A stretch of 34,320 nucleotides of DNA from Promethearchaeota archaeon. GTDB taxonomy: Archaea > Asgardarchaeota > Lokiarchaeia > Sigyniarchaeales > SOKP01. The notes beneath the pieces were generated by a model. It did no database searches and had not been told where the DNA came from. It saw nothing but the letters and a program-made list of their open reading frames with translations. The DNA lies in assembly GCA_048939015.1 (NCBI GenBank), contig JBHLPW010000052.1:1-34320 (forward strand). Reading direction: 5' to 3'. Below are positions 1 to 9,797 of the stretch, in pieces. The translations under genes and the position numbers were made by a program. Numbering within the stretch: the stretch's first letter is position 1; every line of letters begins with the position of its first letter.

Positions 1-250
1 CCTCATACTGTCCCTGCCCCGATACCAGGTATAACGCCGAACTCAGCCTCAGCCAAGGCAACAAGAACTTTCAATTTAGTGCGGCAGCCCCGCCCTGGCT
101 ATCTGCTGAAGTGACATGTTCGCCTGCCTCCGCTATAATAACCAATGAGACGTTTTTCCTGTAATTTTCAATTCGTCTATCGAGGCCATAGATTCCTATG
201 ACCTGCCAGGCGTGACGCTTTGATTCCAACAGTTATTTATCGGGGAAATC
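1..250 (-). ncRNA. Putative structured non-coding RNA of unknown identity, running off the left edge of the window
   Basis: About 49% GC over 1-240 (hand count) in an otherwise very AT-rich window, with no convincing ORF. Hairpins at 222-250, 184-203, 148-178, 86-100 and 46-59; several contain G-U pairs only when read on the minus strand. TATA-like TTTAAAT at about 263-270 upstream. Confidence 0.5.
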
Positions 251-443
251 AATCAATCAACATTTAAATATCTAAATAGGTTTAGCTTAACATAAGTAAC
301 TTATTTAATGTGTATAACAATAATGATCGATTATTTAAATCGAGATATATTTAACCAAATATTTTGCGTTAGCAAAAATTAATTAAATTTTCAAATTCTA
401 ATTCTATATGAGGTATTAATTATCATAATCCAATCATTTTAAA

Positions 444-1898
444 ATGACAAACGAATTTAAAGGAGAAGAAAAGGAAAGTAAGCCGGAAAAGGAAACGGAC
501 AGAGTTGATAAGGAATTTTTATCGAAAGCTAAAAATTCAAGAGATATGATAGATAAAAAATTAAGAACTTTTGAAAATACTATTGAAGACATATCAGAAA
601 CTATAATAAATGGAGAATCCGTAGAAGAAAAGGAGATTGAAAAGAAAGCTATCGAAGGAGTTAGTGAGGAAGTAAGAGAAGCTCAGGAAAAGCTTAAGTC
701 CATAAATAAAAAAATAGATGATAAAGAGGAATATTTAACAGCATTAGAAGAAACAATAAAAGAACTTGAGGAAAAATATAATCGTAAAACCGATGAGATG
801 AGCAATTTAGAGGAAAGACTAAGTATTACTACGGAAAGCAAAGAGAATTTAGAACAAGAATATATGGAACTATTAAAGAATAATGAACAACTCGTCAAAC
901 AATATGAAACCAGACAAGTAGACTTAATAGTACTTACTGATTCAATAAAAGAAAAGGTTACTACTCAAGATGAACTTCGTACTAAAATTTCTAAAATGAA
1001 CCAAGAAATCCAAAAAAGTGAAGATTTACTTGAGAAACAAAGAGAAGAAGCAGAAGCAATAGAGATGAAATTAAAAAGTCAAAGAGCTGAAAATGAAACT
1101 CTTCGAGTTTCCATTAGTAAGAATAAAATTGAATTAGAACATTCAAATTCAGAAATAGAAGCTAAAGAGGAAGAAAAGAAATTACTAACTGAACAAATTG
1201 AGAAAAAAGAAAGAAGAATTAATGAAATTGAGTCATTACTTGAGGAATATAAAGAAGGATTCCCTGAAATGGAAAAACAAAAAGAAACATATGAGGAACT
1301 TCTTGCCAAATACAAGATACAGTTAGCTGATAAGCAGCAACAAATGATAGAGATTGAATCACGGATACAAGAGCTTAATGACAATGCAAATTCATTAATT
1401 GAACAAATCATTACCAAGGAAAATTTAATAGAAGCAAATGAAAAACGAGTAAATGATTTGAAAATAGATATTGAAACATCAAATACAGAATATATTGAAC
1501 GAGAAAAACGACTAGAAGCCTTAACTGAAAAATTAAAACGTCTAGAAACGGATCACGAGAAATTAAGTAAAGCAAAAGAATCTATTGAAAAAAGTACTAA
1601 TGATTCTAGAGCAATATTGCAGAAATTGAAAGCTGAATTAGAAAATCAAGAGAAAGAAATTAGAGATAAGGAGAGTAGAATTCATAGATTAGAAGTTTTA
1701 TCTGCTATTTACCGTGCTTCTAAATTTTTTGGTGGGATCCTAATTGGTATTGGGATTTTTTTCGTCATATGGGCTATGGGTGTATTTTATAATATCATTG
1801 ATTTTGGTAATTTGAATAAATCGGTGATGGGTTTATTTCTATTAGTTGGTGCGGTATTATCGATTATTTCAGGCATATTTCATTTAGAAAAATCGTAA
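444..1898 (+). CDS. Long coiled-coil protein with a C-terminal two-TM membrane anchor
   Basis: About 420 aa of E/K-rich heptad sequence, then two hydrophobic helices (FFGGILIGIGIFFVIWAMGVF; VMGLFLLVGAVLSIISGIF). No ATPase motifs. Confidence 0.85.
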   Translation: MTNEFKGEEKESKPEKETDRVDKEFLSKAKNSRDMIDKKLRTFENTIEDISETIINGESVEEKEIEKKAIEGVSEEVREAQEKLKSINKKIDDKEEYLTALEETIKELEEKYNRKTDEMSNLEERLSITTESKENLEQEYMELLKNNEQLVKQYETRQVDLIVLTDSIKEKVTTQDELRTKISKMNQEIQKSEDLLEKQREEAEAIEMKLKSQRAENETLRVSISKNKIELEHSNSEIEAKEEEKKLLTEQIEKKERRINEIESLLEEYKEGFPEMEKQKETYEELLAKYKIQLADKQQQMIEIESRIQELNDNANSLIEQIITKENLIEANEKRVNDLKIDIETSNTEYIEREKRLEALTEKLKRLETDHEKLSKAKESIEKSTNDSRAILQKLKAELENQEKEIRDKESRIHRLEVLSAIYRASKFFGGILIGIGIFFVIWAMGVFYNIIDFGNLNKSVMGLFLLVGAVLSIISGIFHLEKS

Positions 1899-1955
1899 TA
1901 CTTTATATTCATCTCAAAATATAATTAATTCTAATTTAGATATTGTAAAGATGCG

Positions 1956-3851
1956 ATGAATTTGACTGAAAATAAGGAAAAACCAATTATTCCAACACGA
2001 ACTGTTGGGTTATGGACAGCTGTTTTGTATGGGATTGGTTGTGGGATTGGAGGTTCAATATTTATCCTTTTAGGTTCAGCAATTTATGTTGTCAGATCGG
2101 GTGTTTTAATTAGTTTATTACTTGGAGGTATTTTAATATTTATTACTGCTTTAAACTATAGTGAATTATCAACCAGTTTACCAATTTCTGGTGGTGCTTA
2201 TAATTTCAGTAAAGAAGCATTAGGAGGATTTCTTGCTTTTATAATTGGTTTTTTTTTATGGATAGCGAATATTGCGTCCTTTTCATTTTCAGCTCAAGCT
2301 TTAGCAATTGTTCTTCAAGAATTTTTTAATTTACCATTTTCCACACCATTCATTCTTTTAGTAGCAATTATATCAATACTTTTTATTGCGATTGTAGTCT
2401 TTAGAACCCAAAGATTAGCATTGAGAGCTTTAATTTCATTAACAGTTATTCAATTGATTATTTTTTGCATTTTCATTGTTGCAGGTATATTTATTGCACC
2501 AAATTATGATCTCTCAAGTTATAATCCCAGTTTTTTAAATGAAAGCTCAAATTTCTTTAATATTATTATTATTTTCGCTTCATCTTTTATTTTTTTTACA
2601 ACGATTACCTCAAATTTAGCATATCTAAATGCAGATCTTAAAAATCCATCTAAAAATGTCCCTAAAGTAAATATTTTTGCTATTTTAATAACTTTAAGTA
2701 TATATTTGTTAACTACTTTTACTGTTCTGATTAATCTTGGAAATCATCAATCCGAATTAAACCAAACCTCTATTTTATTAGCATTAATTCTAGATGATAT
2801 AATGGGTTTGCCAGGGTACATACTTATGGGGCTTGCTGCCACCATATCGACTTTGATTGCTATGAATGCAGCATTAGGTTCCGCAATAGCAGTATTTAGA
2901 GCTCTTGCGAGGGATCATTATGTATCGCAGAAATTTTTGAAAGTAAATAAAAAAACAGATCTACCAGTCTATATTTTAATTCTTACAATTTTAATATCTA
3001 TTACAATAACTATGTTAGCTTTGATGTTTGCGAATATTGGATTCACAGCAAATATTACAACTTTTATATACTTCATAGGATTAGCCTTTATAAATTATGC
3101 TGCTGTTAATCTACGACGTAAGCGGAAAGAACTTGATAGACCATTTAAGGCTCCGTTTTACCCTTATTTACCCTTGGTAGTTATGTCAATTTGTTTTATT
3201 CTTGCCTTGTTCCTAGAGCCGATAGCAATCTTCTGGGGTTTAATTATTTTAAGTATTGGTATAACATATTACATACTTACCCTTGCAGATCGTCATTCAA
3301 TTATTCTTACATTAGCAGGATTGAAATCATTTGCCATTATATTAACAGGGGTCTTCATTTGGATACTTAATAATTTGAGTGTTCTGAATTCACCAATACC
3401 TGGAATCCCTTCTGTTTTTTCATTAATATTATTACGAATTTTAATTATTTTTTGTGTTTTAATAATCATTACGATATTTTTTGATATTATCCCATTAAAG
3501 GAATTAGTATATTTTTTCATAAAAAGGATTAATAAGGATGAGGTTGCTATCGATATTGGAATTGGAAGGATTATTGAACTCAAGAAAGTTAAGGCAAAAT
3601 CTATTTATTATGCAAATGTAATTATAAGTTTAATTCAAATTGGTGCTGCATTTTATATTTTTGTCCTAAGTTCGTTATTTATTTTTGATATAATTTCAAT
3701 AAGTAGTATAACTTTTGGGATAACAGTTATTTCTCAAACAACTGGAGAATTCTTATTTATAGCCTTTTTGATATTTCTTGGTGTAATACTATTGTTTAGT
3801 GGACCATTTAGTTTATATATTAACAAAGAAACCCGATCATTAGGAATATAA
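1956..3851 (+). CDS. APC-family amino acid permease with a C-terminal membrane extension
   Basis: TM1 GCGIGGSIF, YSELSTSLPISGGAY, LKNPSKNVP, ALARD and RPFKAPFYP are all APC-family motifs. Confidence 0.9.
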   Translation: MNLTENKEKPIIPTRTVGLWTAVLYGIGCGIGGSIFILLGSAIYVVRSGVLISLLLGGILIFITALNYSELSTSLPISGGAYNFSKEALGGFLAFIIGFFLWIANIASFSFSAQALAIVLQEFFNLPFSTPFILLVAIISILFIAIVVFRTQRLALRALISLTVIQLIIFCIFIVAGIFIAPNYDLSSYNPSFLNESSNFFNIIIIFASSFIFFTTITSNLAYLNADLKNPSKNVPKVNIFAILITLSIYLLTTFTVLINLGNHQSELNQTSILLALILDDIMGLPGYILMGLAATISTLIAMNAALGSAIAVFRALARDHYVSQKFLKVNKKTDLPVYILILTILISITITMLALMFANIGFTANITTFIYFIGLAFINYAAVNLRRKRKELDRPFKAPFYPYLPLVVMSICFILALFLEPIAIFWGLIILSIGITYYILTLADRHSIILTLAGLKSFAIILTGVFIWILNNLSVLNSPIPGIPSVFSLILLRILIIFCVLIIITIFFDIIPLKELVYFFIKRINKDEVAIDIGIGRIIELKKVKAKSIYYANVIISLIQIGAAFYIFVLSSLFIFDIISISSITFGITVISQTTGEFLFIAFLIFLGVILLFSGPFSLYINKETRSLGI

Positions 3852-3872
3852 TCTATTCCTTATCATTTAAAA

Positions 3873-4607
3873 ATGCCATTTCCAAAAATAAATCTTCATA
3901 TTCATTCATACTATTCTGATGGAAAACAATCAATTAAAAAGATAGTCCAAAGATCGATTAAATTAGAATTGAATTATATTGCGATAACAGATCATTTTAC
4001 TAATTCTTGGAAAGCATGGGTGTCTACTCTGAAAAATTCTGATTCTATTTCCAATTATCTAGATGAAATTTCAAGTTGTCAAAATTATTTATCCAAATCT
4101 AATTCTCAATTAATTCTTTTAAAAGGTTTAGAAGTAGATCTTGATAGCTCTGAGCAATTTATAAAAAAATATATTCAAATAGATAAATTTGATATAATTT
4201 TGTTTGAGTATCTCCAAAATCCTGAGTCAATTGCGTTTGTCGGAAATTTAATTCATTATTGGAGAATACTAGAGTTAGATAATGCTCCTCTTTTAGGATT
4301 AGCTCATTTTGATCCTTCTTATTTTATGATGGGCGATCTTGATCATTTAATGAATTTCCTTAAAAAATATAATATTTATTTTGAATTTAACTCAAGTTAT
4401 CCTTCCTATTATTCTCCTCGATATAAACCATTTTTTGAAAAACTTAAAGAATATAAAATTCCTGTTGCAATTGGATGTGATTCCCATAATCTAGAAAATC
4501 TTAATGATATTGATGAACCATTTGAAATGATAAATTACTATAACCTAATAGGAAACTTTAAACTACTCTTGAATGAATTAGAAAGGATCAGAACTTTAAA
4601 ACATTAA
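3873..4607 (+). CDS. PHP-domain metallophosphoesterase (YcdX/HisJ-like)
   Basis: LHIHSYYSDG, AITDH, GLEVD, LAH, FEFNS and GCDSH motifs. Confidence 0.9.
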   Translation: MPFPKINLHIHSYYSDGKQSIKKIVQRSIKLELNYIAITDHFTNSWKAWVSTLKNSDSISNYLDEISSCQNYLSKSNSQLILLKGLEVDLDSSEQFIKKYIQIDKFDIILFEYLQNPESIAFVGNLIHYWRILELDNAPLLGLAHFDPSYFMMGDLDHLMNFLKKYNIYFEFNSSYPSYYSPRYKPFFEKLKEYKIPVAIGCDSHNLENLNDIDEPFEMINYYNLIGNFKLLLNELERIRTLKH

Positions 4608-4625
4608 TATTTTTATAAATAATGT

Positions 4626-4994
4626 TTAACAAAAGCTCATATGTAAATAGCTTAAATAATACTTGAATGCTTTTTCAAATGCAATATCGATGATAAGCTC
4701 GCTTTTAATTTGTGGGTCTTTTAACATTCTTTTAATTAAATTTCTACTTATTGAAAAAATTTCTTTTAGTGCATTGAATCTCTTCCCAAGCGGCATTTCC
4801 GATATTTTGGCAATAGAATTATTTTTCTTTAACTGCCACTCTCGTAATGCTTTCCAGACAATACCTTTAATTGCAGATTCGGGAATTTTAATAATAGAAT
4901 ATAAAAATTTGGATATTTCTTCAATAAACTTATATTGATTTTTTGTAAATTCAATACTGTTATAATCTTCCTCTGAATGCTTCAATGCATCCAT
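4626..4994 (-). CDS. Hypothetical helical protein
   Basis: ORF fills the intergenic gap. The ATG at 4994 is preferred over the TTG at 5030. No recognisable motif. Confidence 0.55.
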   Translation of the reverse strand: MDALKHSEEDYNSIEFTKNQYKFIEEISKFLYSIIKIPESAIKGIVWKALREWQLKKNNSIAKISEMPLGKRFNALKEIFSISRNLIKRMLKDPQIKSELIIDIAFEKAFKYYLSYLHMSFC

Positions 4995-5202
4995 ATCAAA
5001 ATTAATAGTATATGATAAAATAAAACTCAACCTCTGTTATTCTGATTAGAATATCCATTATTTATAATTTAAACTTAAATTAATCCAAAACCAAAATAAT
5101 AAGTACTATCAAATTAACCTTTCAAAAAATCTATTTAAAATGCCCCTTTTTTTAGGAAAAAAATAAAAAGATTTTAATGTTTCACAGTAGAAATATATAA
5201 AC

Positions 5203-6471
5203 ATGAATATTAATAAAAAAGGACAAAGTAAGTCTTTAATTTACTTTATATACATGATAATTATTCTAATTTTTGTAGAAATACTTGATACTTATACAAC
5301 AAATAATCTCAATGTTGTCGTTTCTGATATTTCTGCTGAATTTTTTCCTTATTTATCAGGAGACGCAGCAATTTCATTATTTCAAGTTTTTGTAGCTGTT
5401 GGAACATTGGGAATGTATTTTGTATTTCTAAATCAGTATTTTGCTGATAGAGTTGGAAGGAAATTTCTTCTAGTTTTTACTGTATTTGGTATGGGAATTT
5501 CCTCCTTATTAATTAATTTTTCAACTAATATAATCACGTATACAATATTTCTATTTTTATTGTATTTTTTCTTTAACTCGGATATCTGGGTAATATATAT
5601 TAATGAGGAAAGCCCATCTGGTAAAAGGGCTTTCTATACCAATCTTGTTCTAATTGGAGGGGTAGTAGGAGCGTTATTGATACCTGTATTTCATGACATT
5701 GCCTCTTTAATTAATAATTGGAGAATAATGACATATTTTTCTATCATATTAGGAATTCCATTGAGCTTTATAATCTTTTTTACTTTTAAAGAGACTTCAA
5801 AATATTTAGAAATTAAAGAGGATGAGTCTTTACTGTTGGATAGAAAGAAGGCTTTTAAAGAAAATTTACAAATAATCTTTAAATCAAGTAGAAGAAAAGA
5901 ATTTCTAATAATATTAATCATAAGTTTGATTGTTGGACTAAATAATATATTTATTTTAGTTGGAGAAGACTTTTTATCTGATAGTTTTACATCAGCTGAT
6001 GTCGATACTATTGTATGGATAATGGGTATTTCTTCAATAATAGGATATTTTATTACTGGAGTTATAGCAGATAAAATAGGAAGAAAACCTTTATGTTATA
6101 TCTTCTCTATTATTTTTCCTATTTCCATAATAATTATTGTTTTTGGAGTTAATCTAGCTGGTGGAGCTTTAACAATGGTAATGATAGGAGCAGGGTTAGC
6201 TAATCTATCATATTGGGGGCTACGGATATTAATTAGCATTATGGCTTTAGAAATTATTCCCACTCAAACCAGAGGAACAGGCGCAGGATTAAAAACATTA
6301 ACAAGCTCCGTTGGTATAACAGTTGGGCTTATTTTAAGCAGCATTATTACATACAATCAAGGATTAGAAGTATCATTTGTAGTCTTTGCCTTAATGTTCA
6401 TTGCTATATTTATTCTAGTTCTATTGTTTTTAAGGGAAACTAAGGGTGTTAATTTAAGTGATATTGAATAA
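5203..6471 (+). CDS. MFS transporter
   Basis: 12 TM helices, MFS motif A twice (ADRVGRK, ADKIGRK), EIIPTQTRGTG, and C-terminal RETKG. Confidence 0.92.
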   Translation: MNINKKGQSKSLIYFIYMIIILIFVEILDTYTTNNLNVVVSDISAEFFPYLSGDAAISLFQVFVAVGTLGMYFVFLNQYFADRVGRKFLLVFTVFGMGISSLLINFSTNIITYTIFLFLLYFFFNSDIWVIYINEESPSGKRAFYTNLVLIGGVVGALLIPVFHDIASLINNWRIMTYFSIILGIPLSFIIFFTFKETSKYLEIKEDESLLLDRKKAFKENLQIIFKSSRRKEFLIILIISLIVGLNNIFILVGEDFLSDSFTSADVDTIVWIMGISSIIGYFITGVIADKIGRKPLCYIFSIIFPISIIIIVFGVNLAGGALTMVMIGAGLANLSYWGLRILISIMALEIIPTQTRGTGAGLKTLTSSVGITVGLILSSIITYNQGLEVSFVVFALMFIAIFILVLLFLRETKGVNLSDIE

Positions 6472-6506
6472 GCATTAGAAAAATCTTTTTAAAGTCTTTA
6501 TTTTTT

Positions 6507-7271
6507 ATGTTTTTTATGGATTTTGAAGAAAAAATTAATCTAGCTGCAAAATGGATAGCTGAATCAGAACGATTAGTAGTTTTTACTGGTGCGGGAATCT
6601 CTACAGGGAGTGGATTACCTGATTACAGAGGTCCAGATGGTGTTTGGACTAGAAGAGATAAGGGTCTTCCTCCTCCAAAAAGTCCCCCTTGGGATCAAGT
6701 GAAACCTAATTATAATCATTTTGCAATAGTGGAGTTATTGGAAATGGGAAAACTAAATTATCTAATTTCCCAAAATGTTGATGGATTACATGCTAAATCT
6801 GGAATACCTTTTGAAATTTTAGCTGAACTTCATGGAAACATGTATTTCATGAAATGCTTAACATGTAATAAAAAGATGTTATTCGAAGAAGCTGGTTGGG
6901 ACAAGAGTATATGGGGTCCAGGATATAGAACTCATCCGATTCGGGAAAGTCAACCCTCCTGTCCTTTTTGTGGAGGAAGAATAATATCAAGTATTGTAAA
7001 TTTCGGTGATCCGTTACCATATGATGAACTTGAAGAATCAGTAAAAAGATCTCAAAATTCAGATGTTTTTTTTGTAATTGGATCTTCATTAGTAGTTACA
7101 CCTGCAGCTAATATGCCTGGTTATGCAAAGCAATATGGTGCCAAATTAATCCTCTTAAATAAAGGTGAAACACCGTATGATGATGTAGCAGATATAAGAT
7201 TTGACAATTTAATTGAAGATGTATTACCTCCAATAATGGAAAAAGTAAGAAAAATGGTAAAAAACTCTTAA
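6507..7271 (+). CDS. Sir2-family NAD+-dependent deacylase, class IV (SIRT6/7)-like
   Basis: TGAGISTGSGLPDYRGPDGVWT, SQNVDGLH, AELHGN, two CxxC zinc motifs, GSSLVV. The start may be the ATG at 6516. Confidence 0.93.
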   Translation: MFFMDFEEKINLAAKWIAESERLVVFTGAGISTGSGLPDYRGPDGVWTRRDKGLPPPKSPPWDQVKPNYNHFAIVELLEMGKLNYLISQNVDGLHAKSGIPFEILAELHGNMYFMKCLTCNKKMLFEEAGWDKSIWGPGYRTHPIRESQPSCPFCGGRIISSIVNFGDPLPYDELEESVKRSQNSDVFFVIGSSLVVTPAANMPGYAKQYGAKLILLNKGETPYDDVADIRFDNLIEDVLPPIMEKVRKMVKNS

Positions 7272-7333
7272 ATATCTCTGTAAATAGTCTTAATTTGTGA
7301 TATTGTTCAAAAGAATTTATATGGTTGTTAATT

Positions 7334-8158
7334 ATGAGAACTTTTAGTAAAAGTCAGGTAAAAAAAATTAAAGATTTTATTTTTAAAAATGGTAGACTCC
7401 TTGAAAGAAAATTATTTTCATACTTCTTTGAAAAGGGGAAGAAAGAGGATGTTATTAAAGCATTAGTTGCATATCAAAATTCCGATGGTGGATTTGGTAA
7501 TGGAATTGAACCAGATCTACTATGTCCAGATAGTACTGCCATAGGTGCTGAAACGGCTCTTTATATTTTGGATATATTAGAAATTTCTAATATTGATATT
7601 ATTACTTCCATAGCTAAATGGGTTGTAAATTCACAAAACAGTGAAGGATATATAAATCATCCCCCAGAAAACCTTGAAAAATATCCCTATCAACCTTGGT
7701 GGAAAAATCCTGATAAAATAAGGATCTTTGCTGTTGCTGCGTTTTTAAAGAGATTTGGGTTTGAAGATAAAAACTTTTTTTCTAAAGTGAAAACCTTTTA
7801 TGCAAAAACTCAAGTTCCTGAGGAAATCCAAATTTATGATTATCCCTATTTTCTATATCTGAAATACTTGGGAGAAAGCAAAGAGGAGAAAAAGATGCTA
7901 CAAAATATTATCAGCCAATTCCCCAGAATTTGTGAAAAAAATAAAGAACATTATCCATTGTTTGGTCGGCATTGGTATCATGCACTCGAAATTGTGGATA
8001 AAAAAGTAGTAGAAAATGAAGCAGACAATTTTTTTAATGGTTTTAAAGACGATGGTGGTCTAGAAATAATCTATGAGAATCTACCGTGGTGGAGACCAAT
8101 ATGGACTTTAGATGGTTTAATTATCGCAAAGATAAATGGAATAATAAATTTTGAATAA
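7334..8158 (+). CDS. Prenyltransferase/squalene-cyclase repeat-like (alpha/alpha barrel) protein of unknown function
   Basis: QNSDGGFGNGIEPD, SQNSEG and DDGG QW-type repeats, plus PWW motifs. ATG at 7334. Confidence 0.7.
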   Translation: MRTFSKSQVKKIKDFIFKNGRLLERKLFSYFFEKGKKEDVIKALVAYQNSDGGFGNGIEPDLLCPDSTAIGAETALYILDILEISNIDIITSIAKWVVNSQNSEGYINHPPENLEKYPYQPWWKNPDKIRIFAVAAFLKRFGFEDKNFFSKVKTFYAKTQVPEEIQIYDYPYFLYLKYLGESKEEKKMLQNIISQFPRICEKNKEHYPLFGRHWYHALEIVDKKVVENEADNFFNGFKDDGGLEIIYENLPWWRPIWTLDGLIIAKINGIINFE

Positions 8159-8165
8159 ATCTTGA

Positions 8166-9797
8166 TTATTTTAATTTAGCATAAAGATTTCTATCACTAT
8201 TTAATTCTTTTAATATTTTTTTTGCGTCTTTATTTGTTAAAGAAAGAGAAATTTCACTACTACGACTCAAAGAACCCGTAAAGATTTGTTGATTATCGCT
8301 ATAAATTACAATATTTTGACTCGCATATTCAGGATGAGCTCTAATAATTATTTTTTGCTTTTTTACATCGATATCTAAATCAATTCTTTTATCTTTTGAC
8401 GCTCTACTTGAAAGCCTGCTTTTTATAGGGTATTTTACGCTGACTGGATTAACTACAACATCATTTCCGAAATTATAAATTTCGAACTCTAAACGGTCAT
8501 TTTTGAAATCCCTTACTTCTACCACTGGTCTTGCCAAATCTTTATCTCTGAAACCATGAGGTACTTTAACTGTCATTTTTAATATCATAACTGTTGAAAT
8601 ATCTCCTCCCTCAATAAATATAATTGTATCTATAATAGATGGAAGCATTCCAAGCTCAATTCGGCCTATAAATCTTTGAATTGCATCTATTGCAGAGGAT
8701 GAATGAACAACTCCAACCATTCCCACTCCTGATAAACGGAAATCTGAGTAAATTTGAAAATCATTTGTAGTTCTAACTTCATCAAATATAGTGAAATCGG
8801 GTCTTACTAACAATAGAATATCTGCTGAATTTTCAAGATTCCCTTCTAATTTTGTATACTGAGTAATTTCTGGTTCCACTTGTAAATCTCTAACACTCTC
8901 AAGTGTTTTAACTACTTTCTCTTGATTTAAATAATAATTTGCTAATGCCGCTGAAAAAGTTGATTTTCCTGCACCTGGAGGCCCTGATACAAGTATTCCT
9001 TCAGCTTTTTCCAATCTTTTATGTAATCTACTATCAATCGAATAATCAGATAGGTTTAAACTTACAAGAGGGCGTACTGCTGTAATTTCTACATCATTTG
9101 AAAAAGGAGGACGAGTAATAACTATTCTAAATTCCCTCATTTGTGCTACAACCGCACCCTCCTTTTCAATCTCGATAAAAGAATGCTGATCTTCTCTTGT
9201 TACTTCAGCAATCTCCATAGCAATATCTTCAATCAATTTATTTGATATTGGTTCATTATTGATTCTTTGTAATCGCCAATTTCCTGGAGAACCTTTTTTA
9301 GCATAAGGAGGTATATTATTTTTAAGATGGACACTCATAGTCTCATCATCGAAATATTCTAATATTTTCAGAGAAATAGGTAATAGTTCTTCCTTCGATT
9401 TTTTTTCCCAAGCAAATAGAACTTCTAAACCCTCAAATTCTCCAACATCACCTTGTATTCTATCTGCGGTTATCAGAATAGCATTATTTTGTTTTGCGTA
9501 TTCTCTAATCAATGCATCTAATTCTCCTCCTGGAGCCATTTTTATCTCTTCTCTTGAAGGTCGTTTACCAACTATATGTAAATTGATCTCGCTTTTATCG
9601 TGTAGATTTCTTAATTCTTTTAGGACTCTTAAGCCAAAATAACCAATTTCTTTATGAACGTTTGTTCTGTATTCTACTTCAGCAACAACAATATTCGGTA
9701 TATAAATTTCAGGCTTTTCTCCTAACTCTCCATCCTCAATTAGAGTCAGAATTTGGCCATTAAATATCACAGACGTATCGCATACAAATTTATCCAT
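8166..9797 (-). CDS. PIN-domain ATPase (PINA/MJ1533 family)
   Basis: N-terminal PIN domain (FVCDTS...EVE...DALI...TAD), Walker A GPPGAGKST, LLLVRPDFTIFDEVR, GVVH, and a KH-like C-terminus. Likely start is 9797 (MDKFVCD). Confidence 0.9.
   Translation of the reverse strand: MDKFVCDTSVIFNGQILTLIEDGELGEKPEIYIPNIVVAEVEYRTNVHKEIGYFGLRVLKELRNLHDKSEINLHIVGKRPSREEIKMAPGGELDALIREYAKQNNAILITADRIQGDVGEFEGLEVLFAWEKKSKEELLPISLKILEYFDDETMSVHLKNNIPPYAKKGSPGNWRLQRINNEPISNKLIEDIAMEIAEVTREDQHSFIEIEKEGAVVAQMREFRIVITRPPFSNDVEITAVRPLVSLNLSDYSIDSRLHKRLEKAEGILVSGPPGAGKSTFSAALANYYLNQEKVVKTLESVRDLQVEPEITQYTKLEGNLENSADILLLVRPDFTIFDEVRTTNDFQIYSDFRLSGVGMVGVVHSSSAIDAIQRFIGRIELGMLPSIIDTIIFIEGGDISTVMILKMTVKVPHGFRDKDLARPVVEVRDFKNDRLEFEIYNFGNDVVVNPVSVKYPIKSRLSSRASKDKRIDLDIDVKKQKIIIRAHPEYASQNIVIYSDNQQIFTGSLSRSSEISLSLTNKDAKKILKELNSDRNLYAKLK

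Noticed and set aside
1-230. Minus-strand reading frame (LESKRHAWQVIG...AAALN*) with an in-frame TGA, considered as a selenoprotein or a tmRNA-like tag
   Set aside because: No redox motif, SD or recognisable family, and no tmRNA termini; composition fits a structured RNA better.
327-343. Inverted repeat TCGATT-N5-AATCGA as an operator
   Set aside because: Single short occurrence in AT-rich DNA; cannot be distinguished from chance.
444-1898. SMC/Rad50 annotation
   Set aside because: No Walker motifs, hinge or zinc hook; any similarity would be coiled-coil composition bias.
6507-7271. Defence-type SIR2 NADase (ThsA/DSR-like) partnering the TIRs
   Set aside because: It has the zinc-binding domain of classical deacylases, no effector fusion, and lies about 18 kb away.
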